Below are positions 60,793 to 64,000 of a stretch of 64,000 bases of DNA, in pieces; positions within the stretch are counted from its first letter, which is position 1; each line of letters opens with the position of its first letter. Origin of the DNA: an uncultured candidate division Zixibacteria bacterium (lineage in GTDB: Bacteria; Zixibacteria; MSB-5A5; UBA10806; 4484-95); assembly GCA_963668625.2 (NCBI GenBank), contig CAXXKA010000008.1, positions 1,280,001 to 1,344,000 of the forward strand. Reading direction: 5' to 3'. The position numbers and the translations under genes were made by a program. A model generated the notes under the pieces. It had not been told where the DNA came from, searched no databases, and was given only the letters and a program-made list of their open reading frames with translations.

Positions 60793-62838
60793 TCATGCCT
60801 CCACTTGCGAGTCGTTTCTATTGCGAAGTTTGAAACCGCTTACGAGCGAACGTAATTCGGCCGCCTGGCGATTTAACTGTTCGGCCGCCGCCGCCGCTTG
60901 TTCAGTACCGTTGGCGGACTCTTTGGTTATTCTATCGACATTTTCCACGCTTCTAGATATCTCCTCGGCCGCGGACGATTGTTCCTCGGCGGCTGACGAT
61001 ACTAATCGCATCATTTCCTGCACGTTTTCAACCGCCTGGAATATCTCCTGTAGCGATTGGCCGGTCTGCTCGACCAGGTTACGACCTTTATCGACTATAC
61101 CTTTAGATTCGGTTATTTGGGTGTTGGCATTAGCGACATCCACCTGAATACCTTTAATAGTCTCGGCAACCTCTTTGGTAGCTTTGGTGGTACGCTCGGC
61201 CAGTTTACGCACCTCATCGGCAACGACCGCGAAACCCCTGCCCTGTTCACCGGCCCGGGCCGCCTCGATAGCGGCGTTCAATGCCAGAAGATTTGTCTGA
61301 TCGGCGATATCATCGATGACCTTAATTATCTCGCCAATAGCGGTGGCTTTCTCGGCCAGTTGTTCTATATTCGCGGAGGTGACGGTTGAGGACTCTACGA
61401 TTTCCTCCATGCCGGTCGAGGTATCGTTTGCCAGACGGCTGCCATCCTGTGATTTTGAGGCCGCCTCCATTGCCTTTTCGGTAGCCTCGGTAGTGTTTTT
61501 AGTCGACTCTATTATACTGGCGGCCATCTCCTCGACAGCCGAGGAAACCTGACTTGTCTGGCCGGTTTGTTCTTTCACCCCTGCTGAAAGTTGTTCGGCT
61601 GAGGCTGATATCTCGGTAGCGGCCGAGGCCAGCTGTTCGGTATTTTCAGCCACCTGGTAAATGATGTCATGTAATTTATCTATAAAAGTGTTGAACCATT
61701 TGGCCAGGTAGCCTATCTCATCTTTGCTGGTGTTCGTGATTCTCTTGGTCAGATCTCCCTCGCCCTGGGCGATATCTTTTAGCATCGCTGAAACCCGGTT
61801 AAGCGGTTTAACTATAGAACCGGCTAATAGCCAACCAATCAAGCTGCCTATAAGTACTATTACCAGAGCTACGATCAATACGGTAGTAGCGACCTGTTGG
61901 GCGCCGGAGGTAAACTCATCGATATAACTGCCGGAGGCTATAATCCAATCCCACTCTTTGAAATATTTATAAGATACGATCTTAGGCGCCAACTTGCCGT
62001 CGCGTTCCCATTCATACGTTACCCAGGCTGTCTGGCCGTTTTGAATTTTGGGAAGATTGGCAAGCATCTCCTGGCAGAACGGATACTTAGCAAGGCTTTT
62101 ACCCTCCGAGGTAGGGTGGACACGCAGGATGCCCTCGGAATCCATTGCATAAATATAACCGGTTTTCCCGATTTTCACTGAAAGTAGAGCCTCTCTTAAC
62201 TTTGCAAAATTCTTTTCCGGTACGCCAGTGAATAAAATACCGACAATTTCACCTTTCGGATTATTAATGGGTTCATAAGCTGTGTTATACCAATCGTTAA
62301 CTACCCAGGCTCGGCCATAAAAAGGTTTACCCTGACGAACAACGGCATCGTATACCGATTGCGACACTGTTGTGCCAATGGCCCTGTCTCCGGCATCATT
62401 TAGTACATTGGTGGAGATCCTGATTGCCTGATTTCCCTGAACCTGAAAAATCGTACATGTTCCTCCAACAAGACTTTTTACTTTGTCGACAATCTCGTAA
62501 TCGTTGTTGACAATGTAATCGGCGCCCAGGCCGGAAAGCACTAATTTACCGTCTTTAATGTATACTTTACCGCCGCCGTAATGATGAAGGATTTCCCTGG
62601 CTACATTCAGGGAATTTCTGACATTCTCCATAGATACCTGGTTATAAGTATCACATAAATGAATAGCTTGATCGGCCGTGTGCTCCAGATCGGCCTTGCC
62701 TGTAAGTTCAAGATGATGTGAAGCCTGGCTGTAAGCTATAAAACCAATGAATCCTGCCATTACGACAATTAAACCGATAAAGGATAGAATGATTTTTGTT
62801 TTGATTCTCATGTTTAGTCTCATTTCATTTTCCTCCAA
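60793..62838 (-). CDS. Methyl-accepting chemotaxis protein with Cache_3/Cache_2 sensor and HAMP
   Basis: Two TMs, [63 protein letters not shown]. Confidence 0.96.
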   Translation of the reverse strand: MEENEMRLNMRIKTKIILSFIGLIVVMAGFIGFIAYSQASHHLELTGKADLEHTADQAIHLCDTYNQVSMENVRNSLNVAREILHHYGGGKVYIKDGKLVLSGLGADYIVNNDYEIVDKVKSLVGGTCTIFQVQGNQAIRISTNVLNDAGDRAIGTTVSQSVYDAVVRQGKPFYGRAWVVNDWYNTAYEPINNPKGEIVGILFTGVPEKNFAKLREALLSVKIGKTGYIYAMDSEGILRVHPTSEGKSLAKYPFCQEMLANLPKIQNGQTAWVTYEWERDGKLAPKIVSYKYFKEWDWIIASGSYIDEFTSGAQQVATTVLIVALVIVLIGSLIGWLLAGSIVKPLNRVSAMLKDIAQGEGDLTKRITNTSKDEIGYLAKWFNTFIDKLHDIIYQVAENTEQLASAATEISASAEQLSAGVKEQTGQTSQVSSAVEEMAASIIESTKNTTEATEKAMEAASKSQDGSRLANDTSTGMEEIVESSTVTSANIEQLAEKATAIGEIIKVIDDIADQTNLLALNAAIEAARAGEQGRGFAVVADEVRKLAERTTKATKEVAETIKGIQVDVANANTQITESKGIVDKGRNLVEQTGQSLQEIFQAVENVQEMMRLVSSAAEEQSSAAEEISRSVENVDRITKESANGTEQAAAAAEQLNRQAAELRSLVSGFKLRNRNDSQVEA

Positions 62839-63228
62839 AAACGCAATAAAACATGGTTGATAATCTATAGGGGATATCGCACGGAAAATTTCCTGCGTTA
62901 TGTCGAATTAAATAATAGCATTTTAACCCCTGCACGTTAAATGTTATCTTTAGATATTTGATGTAGGTTCATTGATGTGTATTCTATAAACTTTATCGTT
63001 CGCATCCGATGAGGTTATTAATCGATTAAATAATAATATCATTATATATTGACATGGTGTTTCATAGTTTAAAACGGATTTAGTGGGGCTATGAAGAATT
63101 GTTTTTATAGGTCTGAGATGATCCTTATTAACGCTTGATTAATTATACAATATTGATAGATAATTGCTTAATAGAAACAATTGGATATTTCCTCAAGTTA
63201 AATCTCTTGAAGGAAAGGATGGATAATT

Positions 63229-64000
63229 ATGGCAGATAATGAGAAAGCAAAAATATTTCCTGATATTGAGGCTGAAAACAGCGAATGGGCCGAGGCACTG
63301 GATGATGTTTACGAATCGGATGGACGTGACCGGGTTAAAGATATACTTCTGAAGCTTCACTCGCAGGCCAGCCGTCATGGCATACCCTTGCACTGTCCGG
63401 GTAATACGCCATATATCAATACTATACCGCCGGAAAAACAACCCGATTATCCCGGCGACAGAAAAATCGAAAGACGAATTAAAAGTATAATAAGATGGAA
63501 TGCCATGGCGATGGTAACTCGAGCTAACCGTGAGCATAACGGTATAGGCGGTCATATTTCAAGTTTTGCCTCGTCGGCTACATTATACGAGGTTGGATTT
63601 AATCATTTTTTCCGCGGTAAAAATGAAGAGCATGATGCGGACATAATTTATTTCCAGGGACATATCGCTCCCGGTATTTACGCCCGGGCTTTTTTAGAGG
63701 GGCGATTTACCGAAAAAGACCTGGTTAATTTCCGTCGCGAGCTTAAACCCGGCGGCGGCCTGACCTCATATCCACATCCCTGGTTGATGCCTGATTTCTG
63801 GCAGTTCCCGACAGTGTCGATGGGATTAACGTCCATTATGGCTATCTATCAAGCGCGGTTCAATCGCTACCTCGAGGATCGCGGCTTGAAACCTCGTACC
63901 GATCAGAAAATATGGGCGTTTTTAGGTGATGGCGAAATGGATGAACCCGAATCGCTCGGAGCGATCACACTCGCGCCGCGTGAGAAATTATCGAACCTCG
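63229..64000 (+). CDS. aceE: Pyruvate dehydrogenase E1, homodimeric type (partial, runs off window)
   Basis: Manual translation NTPYINTIP, IRWNAMAMV.RAN, GGHISSFAS.ATLYEVGFNHFF, YPHPWLMP.FWQFPTVSMG, GDGEMDEPE. Confidence 0.95.
   Translation, partial: MADNEKAKIFPDIEAENSEWAEALDDVYESDGRDRVKDILLKLHSQASRHGIPLHCPGNTPYINTIPPEKQPDYPGDRKIERRIKSIIRWNAMAMVTRANREHNGIGGHISSFASSATLYEVGFNHFFRGKNEEHDADIIYFQGHIAPGIYARAFLEGRFTEKDLVNFRRELKPGGGLTSYPHPWLMPDFWQFPTVSMGLTSIMAIYQARFNRYLEDRGLKPRTDQKIWAFLGDGEMDEPESLGAITLAPREKLSNL

Noticed and set aside
62840-63228. c-di-GMP riboswitch upstream of the MCP
   Set aside because: No GGCAAAC..GAAA..GACGCAAA consensus on either strand.

Overview
Bacterial chromosomal window with dense coding and moderate GC. 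The PorV/PorQ-like genes and a FlgD-Ig-tailed protein suggest an FCB-like lineage such as Zixibacteria, but this is inference only. Most of it is housekeeping: ogt-like (partial), mltG, ruvX, NUDIX, aminotransferase, dapF, argS, aroA, GATE pair, yraN, PPIase, M23, rhomboid, dnaE, slt, isocitrate/isopropylmalate dehydrogenase, ampS, fused 2-oxoacid E1, fbaB, sdhCAB, tdh, cheW, MCP and aceE (partial). The best hidden feature is a thioredoxin-fold lipoprotein split by the ORF track at an in-frame TGA in a UxxC motif with a SECIS-like hairpin (22231..22791), a probable exported selenoprotein. Other highlights are a probably leaderless Cys-rich PP-motif ORF followed by a secreted metallothionein-like protein, an AT-rich kinase plus small-ORF islet, and an AT-rich HEPN-motif gene bracketed by inverted REP hairpins. 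The window also holds an AroA with altered active-site motifs and an insertion, a frameshifted Ppx/GppA, an HcpR-like module with FNR boxes, and a nest of REP/MITE repeats including a ~240 bp inverted pair around 5.7 kb. I found no tRNA, rRNA, CRISPR array or transposase. All calls come from motif recognition by eye, with no database search.
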